Shown here: positions 49,345-61,839 of the stretch, one piece after another
How positions within the stretch are numbered: the first letter of the stretch is position 1
How the letters are laid out: each line of letters opens with the position of its first letter
Assembly: GCA_030390025.1 (NCBI GenBank)
Contig: CM059432.1
Span: 109,928,001-109,992,000, forward strand
Length of the DNA stretch: 64,000 bases
Direction: 5' to 3'
From: Squalus acanthias
Taxonomy: Eukaryota
The notes under the pieces: model-generated
Databases searched by the model: none
Seen by the model: only the letters and a program-made list of their open reading frames with translations
Told to the model about the DNA's origin: nothing
Translations under genes and position numbers: made by a program

Positions 49345-51310
49345 AAATTTTGGAGTATAATGTGAGGTTATTCATTTTGGTAGGAAGAATAGAAAAACAA
49401 TATTTTTAAATGGTGAGAAACTATTAAACGTTGGTGTTCAGAGAGATTTAGGTGTCCATGTACAGGAAGTTAGCATGCAGTTACAGCAAGCAATTAGGAA
49501 GGCAAATGGCACATTGGCCTTTATTGCAAGGGCTTTGGAGAGTACTAGAGTAAGGAAGTCTTACTACAATTGTACAGGGCTCTGGTGAGACCACACCTGG
49601 AGTACTTGTGCACAGGTTTGGTCTCCTTATCTGAGGAAGGATATACTTGCCTTAGATGCGGTGCAACAAAGGTTTACTAGATTGATCCCTGGGGTGAGAG
49701 GCCTGTCCTATGAGGACAGATTGAGTAGATTGGGCCTATACTCTCTGGAGTTTAGGAGAATGAGAGGTGATCTCATTGAAACATATAAGATTCTGAGGGG
49801 GATTGACAGGGTAGATGCTGAGAGAATGTTTGCCCTGGCTGGAGAGTCTAGAACTACAACAACAACTTGTATTTATATAGCGCCTTTAACATAGTAAAAC
49901 ATCCCAAGGCGCTTCGCAGGAGTATTAAAAGACAAAAAATTTGACACTGAACCACTTATGGAGAAATTAGGGCAGGTGACCAAAAGCTTGGTCAAAAAGG
50001 TAGGTTTTAAGGAGCGTCTTAAAGGGGGAAAAGAGGTAGCGAAGCGAAGAGGTTTAGGCAGGGAATTCCAGAGCTTAGGGCCTAGGCAACAGAAGGCACG
50101 GCCACCAATGGTTGAGCGATTATAATCAGGGATGCTCATGAGGGCAGAATTAGAAGAGCGCAGATATCTTGGGGAATTGTGGGGCTGAAGGAGATTACAG
50201 AGATAGGGAGGGGTGAGGCCATGGAGGGATTTGAAAACAAGGATGAGAATTTTGAAATTGAGGCGTTGTTTAACCAATGTGGTCAGCGAGCACAGAGGTG
50301 ATGGGTGAACGGGACTTGGTGTGAGTTAGGACATGGGCAGCCGAGTTTTGGATGACCTCAAGTTTACGTAGGGTGGAATGTGGGAGGCCAGCCAGGAGTG
50401 CGTTGGAATAGTCAAGTCTAGAGGTAACAAAGGCATGGATGAGGGTTTCAGCAGAGGATGAGCTGAGGCAAGGGTGGAGACGGGTGATGTTACGGAGGTG
50501 GAAGTAGGCGGTCTTAGTTATGCTGCGGATATGTGGTCGGAAGCTAATTTCCAGGTCAAATATGACACCAAGGTTGGGAACAGTGTGGTTCAGCCTCAGA
50601 CAGATGTTAGGGAGAGGGATGGAGTCAGTGGCTAAGGAACGGAGTTTGTAGCGGGGACCGAAAACAATGGCTTCGATCTTCCCAATATTTAATTGGAGAA
50701 AATTTCTGCTCATCCAGAACTGGATGTCGGACAAGCAGTCTGACAATTTAGGGGTTGAGAGAAGTGGTAGTGAGGTAGAGCTGGGTGTCGTTAGCGTACA
50801 TGTGGAAACTGACGCTGTGTTTTCGGATGATGTCGCCAAGGGGCAAAATGTAGATGAGAAATAGGAGAGGGCCAAGGATAGATTCTTGGGGGACACCAGA
50901 GGTAATGATGCAGGAGTGGGAAGAGAAGCCGTTGCAGGTGATTCTCTGGCTACGATTAGATAGATAAGAATGGAACCAGGCGAGTGCCAGGGAACTAGGG
51001 GGAACTAGGGGGCATAGTCTCAGGATAATGGGGCAACCACTTAAGACTGAGATGAGGAGGAATTCCTTCACTCAGAGGGTTGTGAATCTTTGGAATTCTC
51101 TACCCCAAAGGGCTGTGGATGCTGAATCATTGAGTATATTCAAGGCTGATATAGATAGATTTTTGGACTCTAGGGGAATCAAGGGATAGTGAGATTGGGC
51201 AGGAAAGTGGAGTTGAGATCGAAGATCAGCAATGATCTTATTGAATGGCGGAGCAGGCTCGAGGGGCCATATGGCCTACTCCTGCTCCTAATTCTTATGT
51301 TCTTATGTTC
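49345..51310 (+). mobile_element. CR1 LINE 3' fragment split by an L2 insertion (CR1 at 49345-49856 and about 50991-51310)
   Basis: GLYSLEFRRMRGDLIE...GESRT resumes as GAACTAGGGGGCATAGTCTCAGG; TATGTTCT terminal repeat. Confidence 0.88.
49857..50990 (-). mobile_element. L2 LINE 3' portion nested in CR1
   Basis: [35 protein letters not shown]-repeat tail at 49857-49868. Confidence 0.9.
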
Positions 51311-51904
51311 AGACCCACAGTATATGTTTGACTCTTAAGCCCATCTGAAGGGGGCCTAGCAATCCAATAGTTTTGAAAAAACCCCACAATTGTTATAAAA
51401 TTTAGAAGGCCCACCACAACATTCATGGGACAACCAGGGATGGGCAATAAATATGGCATCACCCACATGGCAAGAACAAAAACACATCTTTTCCTCAGGG
51501 GCATGACATGCAGAGGTAGAGTCAACATTAGCTGTTCTCATACACCTCCTAGCCTGAGAGTGGCAGTAGTGAGACCTGCCCTCTTTGCAGCAGTGGTGCT
51601 GAATTGATTTGAATGCAATGGTAAAATAGAGATATTGCAAAGGGTCTTAGAATCTGATGGCCTCTCTCCCCAATATTTTTCTTCTTGAAAATTATACTAT
51701 TCCATTAGCCTAGAAATGATGCAATTGTATGAAGTTACTTTGTTGTTGTAACAGGGCCATTTAATTGAAGCAGGTTAAAAGTGGCTTCATATGAATGATT
51801 TAAACATTTGTGCACTAGTCTCACACAGTGTGACCTCTAGGCTCTATAGGCTATGGCTAAGTGATTAAAAAGCTGTAATGCACTCAGAGATGGGATACTG
51901 TTCT

Positions 51905-52400
51905 ACTGAGAACAAAGTAGAACACTCCACATAGTCGCAACAATGCTCGGTGGCAGTGAATAAAGCAAATCAGATGTTGGGATGTATTAAAAGGTGAATA
52001 TTGAGCCAAAATAGTGAGGTAATCCTGCCATTTTATAAATGATTGGTGTAACTGCACGTAGAATACTGTGTACAGTTCTGCACACAGAACAAAAAGGATA
52101 TCGCAGCGATTGAAAGGATACAGATGAAAACAACCAGAATGATTGAGTTGATGGAGGGATTGGATTATGATGAGCGATTATGTAAATTGGACATGTTCTT
52201 ACTGGAAAAAGAGAAGGTTGAGAGGTGATATGTTTGCAGTTTTTAGAATTCTAAAGGGTCTAGATAATGTAGACCAGCACAAGCTATTTCACCTTGTTCA
52301 GAACAGCAGAATCAGAGGACATGGCCTGCAATTCAAAACTAATCTGCGTAAATAATATTTCAGTCAGTGAGTGGTCAACCTATGGAACAGACTCCGTATG
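51905..52400 (+). mobile_element. Old CR1 3' fragment
   Basis: KKRRLRGDM peptide; AAAGCAAATCAGATGTTGGGATGTATT segment. Confidence 0.6.
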
Positions 52401-52451
52401 CAGTTACTAATAAAGAAATATTTTGCATTGCTATAGCACTTTTAACAACCT

Positions 52452-55400
52452 CAGGCTTGTGAGTGCAGCAAGCACAGAGTGAACAACTGGGAGTTTGGTA
52501 AGTGTGGGAGTTCGGTGAAGTGGTGGAAGGAGGTGCTTGCTTTTCCTAACTTCTCCCGCAGAGCGGTGGTGGTCCTGAGCGGGAGCAGACCGAGGCCCAA
52601 GAGCAGACCTGCATCAACAAGAGAAAACGGCAGTGTGACGTCACAGGTAAGGCAGGTAAGTGATTGGTAGTGACTGTGGGCCAAGTTTTAAGTTAACATA
52701 TAACTAAATTTTAAAAACTAAACTTAATTTAATTAATTTAATAAACTAAATGAGGTAAATAATTTGATTAACACTAAACTAATTAATTAAATCAATAAAA
52801 TAATGGGTGAACAGGAAATGTGTTGCTGCTGCAATATGTGGGAGTTAGGGACATTTTTGTCCAGGGTGACTACGTCTGCGGTAAGTGTCCGCGGCTTGAG
52901 GAACTTTGGCTCCGAGTTGAGGAGCTGGAGTCCGAGCTGCAGACATTGCGAGACATCAGGGAGTGGGAAAGTTACCTGGACCTTTTGCTCCAGGATGCAG
53001 CCACACCCCTTAGATTAAAACTTTAGAATTGACACATGGTCAGGGATAGGAGAGTGTGACTGTGAGTGAGGCAGGTACAGGGATTCAGGAGGTAGTATTG
53101 CAGGAACCTCAGTCCCTGCACTTGTCCAATAGATTCGAGGTTCTTGCAACTCTTGTGGACAAGTGCGAGGACTGCGGGGAGGATGAGCAAACTGACCACG
53201 GCACCGTGGTACAGGAAGCCGTTCAAGTGGGGGGAGCAAAAAGGAAGGTGGTTTTAGTAAGCAACAGTATAGTTAGGGGGATAGACACTGTTCTCTGCAG
53301 CCAGGAGCGTGAGTCCCGAAGGCTATGTTGCCAGGGTAAAGGACATCTCCTCCGGGCTGGAGAAGAACTTGGAGTGGGAGGGGCAGGATCCAGTTGTCGT
53401 GGTCCACGTAGGTACCATCGACATAGGTAGGACAAAGAAAAAGGTTCTGCTGAGAGAGTTTGAGCAGCTAGGGATTAAATTAAAAAGCAGAACCACAAAG
53501 GTCATAATCTCTGGATTATTACCGGAGCCACGAGCAAATTGGCATGGGGTCAATAGGATCAGGGAGATGAATGCGTGGCTCAAAGATTGGTGTGGGAGAA
53601 GTGGGTTTTGATTCGTGGGGCACTGGCACCAGTACTGGGGAAAGAGAGAGCTGTTCCGTTGGGACGGGCTACACCTGAACCATGCTGGGACCAGAGTTCT
53701 AGTGAATTGAATAACTAGGGAGGTAGATAGGGCTTTAAACTAAATAAGGGGGGGAGGGTCCCGGTGGAGAGAAATCAAGAATGCAAAGGAGAAAGGACCA
53801 GGAAGCAGTGCAGGAAAGTGATTGGGATAAGGATAACCAGATTGTGTCAGGAAGGGACAGAGCGTACAAACAAAGGAGTGCACTAACAAATAGGGTCCGG
53901 GTAAGAAAAAATGGTAATAAGACAAATAGGGCCATAGTACAAAAAAAGTTAAGACAAATCTAAAGGCACTGTATCTGAATGCACGAAGCATTCGTAAAAA
54001 TTAACAGCGCAAATAGATGTAAACGGATACGATATAATTACAATTATGGAGACATGGCTGCAGGGTGACCAAGGCTGGGAGCTGAATATCCAAGGATATT
54101 CAATATTTAGGAACGACAGGCAAAAAAGAAAAGGAGGTGGGGTGGCGTTTGTTGGTAAAGGATGAAATCAGAGCAATAGTGAGAAAGGATATTGGCTCAG
54201 AAAATCAAGATGTAGAATCAATCTGGGTGGAGCTAAGAAGCATCAAGGGGCAGAAAATATTGGTGGGAGTTGTCTATAGGCCTCCAAACAGTAGTGGTAA
54301 TGTAAGGGATGGCGTCAAACAGGAAATTAGAGATGCATGTAACAAGGGTACTACAGTAATCATGGGTGACTTTAATCTACATATACACTGGCCAAACCAG
54401 ATTAGCAATAATACTGTGTGAGTGTGTACGAGATGGTTTTTTAGACCAGTATGTTGAGGAGCCAACTAGGGAACAGGCTATCCTAGTTTGGATATTGTGC
54501 AATGAGAATGGGCTAATTAATAATGGCCCAGAAATTGATCTCGCTCTGTTCCCGCGGGGGTAAGCCTTGCCCGCGATGTCTCACCTCGCTTATGCTTTTT
54601 CTGATCCAGCTCGCACGAACTTGATGTTCCAGACATCAGCTGTGCTGGGCTTGCGTATCCCAGCGGCGTAGTGAATTCGTGCGAGCTGTGGGATCACGTG
54701 ACTCAGTTAGAGCCAATGGCAGCACACCATCTTCCATTCATAAGTCTCACAGCATGGCTGTGAGACTTATGAATCTTACACCCCCCCAAAATAACAGCTA
54801 AACCTCAATTAAATTAAAAAAAAAAACCATCACATTAATAAAATAAGTATAGTTAATTAAATTAACCATTTTAAATAAAAAATTAAATTTTTGAAAAAAT
54901 TTAAAATCTTTTAAAAAGTTATAAAAATAAACTTACCTGTCTTTAAAGTCTATAAAAAAGATATACCTGTAAAAAAAAATTCAAAAAAATACTTAATTCA
55001 CTACTTACCTTCTTAAAAGCGGGTCTTACTCCTCCTTTTTACATTTCCAAAATCTTCCCTACTTACCTGCGCGTCCAAAGCATGAAGTGCACAGCGTGCG
55101 CGCAGCCTGTAGCGCGCACGCGATGCACCCAGGCCCCGCCCCCTTTTCGGAAGAGCAATTGCCGGTTTTCAGCGCATGCGCAGGGCATGCAGAAAACCGG
55201 CAATTGGAGTGGGAATACGCGAGAGTATGCAGTGCGTACTCTCGCGCACCGAGATCAATTTTCGGCCCAATCTTGTTGTGCGGGGTCCTTTAGGGAAGAA
55301 TGACCATAACATGATAGAATTCTTCATTAAGATGGAAAGTGAAGAAGTCCAATCCAAAACTAGGGTCCTAAATCTAAACAAAGGAAACTACGAAGGTATG

Positions 55401-57570
55401 AGGAGTGAGTTGGCTATGGTAGATTGGGGCGCTTCATTAAAAGGCATGACGGTGGATAGGCAATGGCTAACAGTTATACAATCCTTTCTGCCGCAAAAAC
55501 ACAAAAGGAAAAGCGGCCCAACCATGGTTAACAAAAGAAATTAAGAATAGTATTAGATCCAAAGAGGAGTCATATAAAGTTGCCAGAAAAAGTAGCAAGC
55601 CTGAGGATTGGGAGCAGTTTAGAGTTCAGCAAAAAAGGACCAATATATTGATTAAGTGGGGAGAAATAGAGTATGAGAGTAAACTTGCAAGGAATATAAA
55701 AGCGGATTGTAAAAGCTTGTACAAGTATGTAAAAAGAAAAAGATTAATGAAGACAAATGTAGGTCCCTTACAGTCAGAAAAGGGAGAATTTATAATGGAG
55801 AACTAGGAAATGGCAGAGCAATTAAACAAATTCTTTGCTTCTGTCTTCACAGAAGAGGACACAAATAACTTCCCAGGAATGCTAGGGAACCAAGGGTCTA
55901 GTGAGAAGGAGGAATTAAAGGAAATTAGTATTAGTAAAAAAATAGTGCTGGAGAAATTAATGGGACTGAAAGCTGATAAATCCCCAGGGCCTGATAATCT
56001 GCATCCCAGAGTACTAGAAGAGGTAGCCATAGAAATAGTGGATGCATTGGTTGTCATCTTCCAAAATTATATAAATTTTGGAACAGTTCCTGCAGATTGG
56101 AGGGTGGCAAATGTAACCCCACTATTTAAAAAAGGAGGGAGAGAGAAAACAGGGAACTACCGACCGGTTAGCCTAACATCAGTAGTAGGGAAAATGCTAG
56201 AGTCTATTACAAAAGGATGTGATAACAGGACACTTAGAAAATATCAATGGGATTAGACAAAGTCAACATGGATTTATGAAAGGGAAATCCTGTTTGACAA
56301 ACCTACTGGAGTTTTTTGAGGATGTAACTGGTAGAATAGATAAGGGAGAACCAGTGGATGTGGTGTATTTGGATTTTCAGAAGGCCTTTGATAAAGTCCC
56401 ACATAAGAGATTAGTGTGTAAAATTAAAGCACATGGGATTGGGGGTAATATACTGGCATGGATTGAAAATTGGTTAACAGACAGGAAACAGAGAGTAGGA
56501 ATAAATGGGTCTTTTTCAGGGTGGCAGGCGGTGACTAGTGGGGTACCGCAGGGATCAGTGCTTGGGCCCCAGCTATTCACAATATATATATATATCTCAA
56601 ATTTTGGATGAGGGAACCAAATGTATTATTTCCAAGTTTGCGAACAACACAAAACTAGGTGGGATTGTGAGCTGTGAGGAGGATGCAAAGAGTCTTCAAG
56701 GCGATTCAGACAAGTTGAGTGAGTGGGCAAATACATGGCAGATGCAGTATAACGTGGATAAATGTGAAGTTATCCACTTCGGTAGGAAAAACAGAAAGGC
56801 AGAGTATTATTTAAATAGTGATAGATTGCAAAATTTTGATGTACAGGGGAACCTGGGTGTCCTTGTACACCAGTCACTGAAAGCAAACATGCAGGTGCAG
56901 CAAGCAGTTAGGAAGGCAAATAGAATGTTGGCCTTCATTGCAAGAGGATTTGAGTACAGGAGCAAGGATGTCTTACTACAGTTATACAGGGCCTTGGTGA
57001 GACCACACCTGAGTAATGTGTGCAGGTTTGGTCTCCTTACCTAAGAAAGGATATACTTGCCATAGAGGGAGTGCAGCGAAGGTTCACCAGACTGATTCCT
57101 GGGATGGCAGGACTGTCGTATGAGGAGAGATTGGGTCGACTAGGCCTGTATTCACTAGAGTTTAGAAGAATGAGAGGGGATCTCATTGAAACATATAAAA
57201 TTCTGACAGGGCTAGACAGACTGGATGCAGGGAGGATGTTTCCCCTGGCTGGGGGGTCGAGAACGAGGTGTCACAGTCTCAGGATACAGGGTAGGACATT
57301 TAGGACTGAGATGAGGAGAAATTTCTTCACTCAGAGGGTGGTGAACCTATGGAATTCTCTACCACAGAAGGCTGTGGAGGCCAAGTTACTGAATATATTT
57401 AAGAAGGAGATAGATAGATTTCTAGACACAAAAGGCATCAAGGGGTATGGGGAGAGAGTGGAAATATGGTATTGAGATAGAGGATCAGCCATGATCATAT
57501 TGAATGGTGGAGCAGGCTCGAAGGGCCGAATGGCCTACTCCTGCTCCTATTTTTCTGTGTTTCTATGTTT
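52452..57570 (+). mobile_element. Essentially full-length CR1 LINE (5' UTR, zinc-finger/leucine-zipper/esterase ORF1, APE-RT ORF2), decayed, with MITE insertion
   Basis: ORF1 from 52803 (CCCCNMWE, YVCGKC, LRVEELESEL, VHVGTIDIG); ORF2 IMGDFN, GKNDH, KSPGPD, YLDFQKAFDKVPH; TATGTTTC tail. Confidence 0.93.
54525..55268. mobile_element. MITE inserted in CR1 ORF2
   Basis: TIR GGCCCAGAAATTGATCTCG / CGAGATCAATTTTCGGCCC; TSD AAT (54522-54524, 55269-55271); empty site inferable from the CR1 paralogue at 30560-30600. Confidence 0.93.
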
Positions 57571-58504
57571 CATTCAAATGCAAATTAGGTAGATTTCTTT
57601 CAGAAAATTACATTTTGGGATACAGTATATGACTAATTTGAGACATGACATATGATAAGTCTAGCTTGCATGGGGGGTTTTCCTTGTGTCATGTCTGGGT
57701 CTGTTGTAGACTAATTGATAGAGATTGATTGCTCTGATTAGTCAACAACTCCATTATCATTGTTACATGCAACTACCAGGTCGGTAGAAGGGAAACTCGA
57801 TGGACCTTGATCTTTTTTGTCTCACAATTCCTACGTTCCTATGTAGGCATTTGAATTCTAGGTGCTAGAATATTGAAGCTGCTCAAACACTTGTCTAGAA
57901 CTCATACAATATATTAATTACATTTATGATTTTGGAGATAGCCAGCTGATTCACCATCAGAGCAGCGAGAGGATTAATTCTTGACGTTAGACTAGAGCAT
58001 AATGGTCAGTTGGAATTAAGAGCTCTGCCGGGAAATTAGTTCCATTTTTTTCTTTCTCTCTCCCGTCTTTCTTTTTCTCCTGTGTTTAGACTTACACTTT
58101 CTTTTATTATTTTTCTCTTTATTTCTTCTATTTCTTTCTTTCTCTCTCTCTTTCACACAATTTATTTTCACTTTTATCTCTTTCTCAGATGTTTGTTCCA
58201 CTACTTCGTGAGTCGGACTTAACAAGAAAAAATCCAGTGCTATAGTTACCTGGGTACATTGCTTTCTGCTTCTGTTTGTTTAATATAGAGGATTAACTTA
58301 GCTTTTAAATTGAATTAAAAAGTTATGACAATTTTTAGAAAATTTATGTGGGTAAACTGATTGGATGAATCAAGAAAGGCTTTCCTTGTTTGCAATAGCT
58401 GAAAGATGTTTTTTTTATTCGTTTTTATGGGATGTGGGCATTGCTGGCAAGGCCAGCATTTATTGCCCATCCCATAATAGGGTGCAAGTGATGACAAGCT
58501 TTAT

Positions 58505-59146
58505 TCACCATCCTAAAATATAGCCCATCTCTGCCCCGCCTCAGCCCATCTGCTCCTGAAACCCGCATCCATGCTTCTGTTACCTCCAGACTCGACTATT
58601 CCAATGCTATCCTGGCTGGCCTCCAATCTTCCACCCTCTGTAAACTTGAGCTCATCCAATACTCTGCTGCTCATATCCTAACTCGGACCAAGTTACGTTC
58701 ACCCCTGTGCTTGCTGACCAACATTGGCTTCCAGTCCACCAACGCCTTGATTTTAAAATTCTCATCCTCGTGTTCAAATCCCTCCATTGCCTCACCCCTC
58801 CCTATCTCTGTCACCTCCTCCAGCCCCACAATCCGCCAAGAGCTCTGCATTCCTCCAACTCTGGCCTCTTGTGTATCCCTGACTTCCTTTGTCCCTCCAT
58901 TGGTGGCCGTGCCTTAAGCTGACTAGGCCCTAAGCTCTGAAATTCCCTCCCTAAACCTATCTACGTCTCTCTCCTCATTTTAGATACTCCTTAAAGCTTA
59001 CTTCTTTGACCAAGCTTTTGGTCACCTATCCTAATGCCTCCTTCTTTGGATTGGTGTCACTTTTTGTCTGATTACTCTCCTGTGAAGTGTCTTAGGACTT
59101 TTTACTATATTATGGGTACTACTGTATATAAATGCAAGTTGTTGTT
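58505..59146 (+). mobile_element. L2 LINE 3' fragment (preceded by a family A tail scrap at about 58410-58475, minus)
   Basis: HWLPVHQRLDFKILILVFK; tail TATATAAATGCAAGTTGTTGTT. Confidence 0.88.
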
Positions 59147-59829
59147 AAAATGTGTGCCCGACATTTTCAGCATTGTTAAGGAATTGGCTCAAAATGGTCA
59201 CTTTGCTGTGTCTCTGTATCTAGTTCTGTCTGGCTGTGATATGCAGTGATCCTATGAGTAAAAACCATGGCTATTGAATGCCATGTGCTATAACCAAAGA
59301 TGTGGGGAATAAAAATAGATTTTTCAAGCCTAATAAAGCATACATAGATCGGTTTTGAAAATAATGGTTAAATTTGGAGTCATCTCAGGAAAAATAATTT
59401 ATTTCAAGAATTCAATTTGTAGATGAAATGGTTATAGAAAAGAAACTAAAATTATAATAAGCTGTGATTTGTAGCAAAGTACTTTAAATAGTGAATGCAA
59501 ATAAAGTCACCTTCCATCTGCACCAGTGAAAACTGGTCAGGTCATAAGGCTAATTTGGAAGCTTCCTGCAAAATCCAAGTGCTTTGCTTACCGGAGTTTT
59601 GTGTTCAGTTTAGTATTGTGCCGCGTTGGCATGTTTTATGAATGGGTTTTGATGGTTGCTGTGCTGTCCCTTTGTTCCATTCAGTGAGGGATGTGAACAG
59701 TGCTGAGCTCACTGCTCATTTCTAGAAGTTTCCGCAGCCAGTTGTCATGACTTGCAGCCTCATCCAGATCATTCCTATCAGCTGCACAGGCTAAAGTTCA
59801 CTTTGTTTAAAGTAAAATCCTTTACTTTT

Positions 59830-60268
59830 AGCTTGCCTTTCATCTTCAGTTATATGGAGAGACTAGAGAAACTGGGAATGTTCTCCTTACGGTGGAGAGG
59901 GAGATTTAATAAAGGTGATCAAAATGATGAAGGTTTTGATAGAGTAGATAGGGAGAAACTGTTTCCACTGGCATGAGGGACGATAACCAGAAGACACAGA
60001 TTTAAGATTAATTGGCAAAAGAACCAGGGGAAGATGAGGAGACCTTTTTTTACACCACGATTTCTTATGATCTGGTAAGCACTGCCTGAATAGGTGGTGG
60101 AAGCAGGTTCGATAGTCATTCTCAAACAGAATTGGATATATATTTGGAAAGGAAAAATTTACAGGGCTGTGGGGAAAGGGTTGGGGAGTGGGACTAATTG
60201 GATAGCTCGTTCAAAGAGCTGGCACAGGCCCGATTGGCCTCCTTCCGTGCTGTAAAATTCTATGATCT
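59830..60268 (+). mobile_element. CR1 LINE 3' fragment
   Basis: SYMERLEKLGMFSL and GFDRVDREKLFPL; 3' UTR ending TTCTATGAT. Confidence 0.8.
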
Positions 60269-60869
60269 CCTTTATACCTGGGACTACACTGCACTTGATG
60301 TACCACACACTTTTGTTCTCTGCTGATGCCAAGAGCATACTATAGAGAGGTGTTGGATCTGCATAAGGAACAATATCTTTAAGTAATGGCCTTGCACTGA
60401 CCCTGACTACAGTATAATTATTTATGCCTGACACAGGTTACCATGCAATCATGACAGGTGCAAAGCTTGCCTTTTGAAAGCTTACTGGTCTGTTCCAATT
60501 TTGGGCTGAAAACTGCATATGTAGTTAATTTTGTATCTTTTGAAAATTGTTGTGTGTCAGTACTGCTTTCCATTGGGAAAGTAACAAAACTCAGGTGGGG
60601 TATGCCTCTTAAACAGAGTGGGCGTAGGATCAACATCCAATGGCTGAGGCTTAATTTATTTCCAGGAGTGTAGCTCTGTTTAGTAACTTACCCTGCTAGT
60701 TTGTGGAGGTTGCTTCACATTCAAAGTATCTGAAAGAATTATCCATATTAAGTGGGTAATACTGGGACAAGAGTAGATCAACATGCTGGAGAGAAGCACA
60801 GCTCAGGCACAAAACAGTGTAAGAGCAGGAACAAACAGGACTTTTAAATACATAGAAGTTACAACATGG

Positions 60870-61038
60870 AAACAGCCCATATCTCAACTACCTCCTCTTT
60901 TACTATGAATTTGGCAGCATCTTCTTCCTTGGTAAAGACAAATGCAAAGTACTCATTTAGTACCTCAGCTATGCCCTCTGCCTCCATGCGTAGGTCTCCA
61001 TTTTGGTCCCCAATCAGCCCCACCCCTCCTCTTACTAC
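60870..61038 (-). mobile_element. CR1 ORF2 fragment that is the ERV insertion site
   Basis: GCAAAGTACTCATTTAGTACCTCAGC reads AEVLNEYFAFVFTKEED on the minus strand. Confidence 0.7.
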
Positions 61039-61516
61039 TGTCGAAGTTTCGACTTCCGAGTAAGACTCTTGTAAACAATATCGTCAAAGAAGGCTTTTTA
61101 TTATATTTTACTTGCAAGGAGAATGCATCATAGCCCAATTAGCTATGATGACAGACTGCAGAATCACAGAACATGGAGTATTCTTATACACTGATTCACA
61201 TGACATGTTGTTTAAGGTAAGCTAAGTTAAAAAAATTTAAAAAACACATAAGAAATGCCTTACAGTGAAACTAACTAATCCCTAGAAAATGGAGTCTATC
61301 TAGCTTGTTCTTTTCTCACCAAGGCCAAGGCTCTGGTTGTTTACTTTACTAGCCCTTGGTTATCTCAATTTAAGCCTGTTTTCTTTAAATTTATTTTCAT
61401 GAAAAACATAACAATGGATTTTTTCTTTGCTTTCCAAACAAGTCAAAGTCGGCCATTTTATATCAGTTTAAATTCAAGGAAGCCATTTTGTCCGAGACAA
61501 AAACTGCACTTCCACA
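61039..61516 (-). repeat. ERV 3' LTR (about 478 bp)
   Basis: Minus strand PPT AAAAAAAGGGGGGAA then TGTGGAAG...CTTCGACA (7/8 inverted termini); TATAAGAA near 61181-61188; AATAAA near 61097-61102. Confidence 0.85.
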
Positions 61517-61839
61517 TTCCCCCCTTTTTTTGTCCTTCTAGGACAAAATAGCTCAATTTAACCCTTTCGGTCTTTCTTGTCGGTTCCTGTACCAAATTTG
61601 GATTTTGGCCAGGGATGCCAACTTCTTTTCTGTTTTAACCATCCTCGGGATTATACCTGTATTGATGGCTGACCTTATTTAAGATCGTCCTTCTTCTCTG
61701 TCTATTCTCGGTGTTTGGGCGTATGTTCTTGTAGGGGTTTTAGTTGTGTTTTGGTGACTGTGGCATACTTTTGTGGTTCATTAGTCTGCTGTTCTCTAAC
61801 TTTTCCTGCAGCTTCTACTAGCCTGCAGTTCGGGTGTCG

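Noticed and set aside
58016..58225. Lys/Arg-rich minus-strand ORF
   Set aside because: Complement of a TC-rich low-complexity tract
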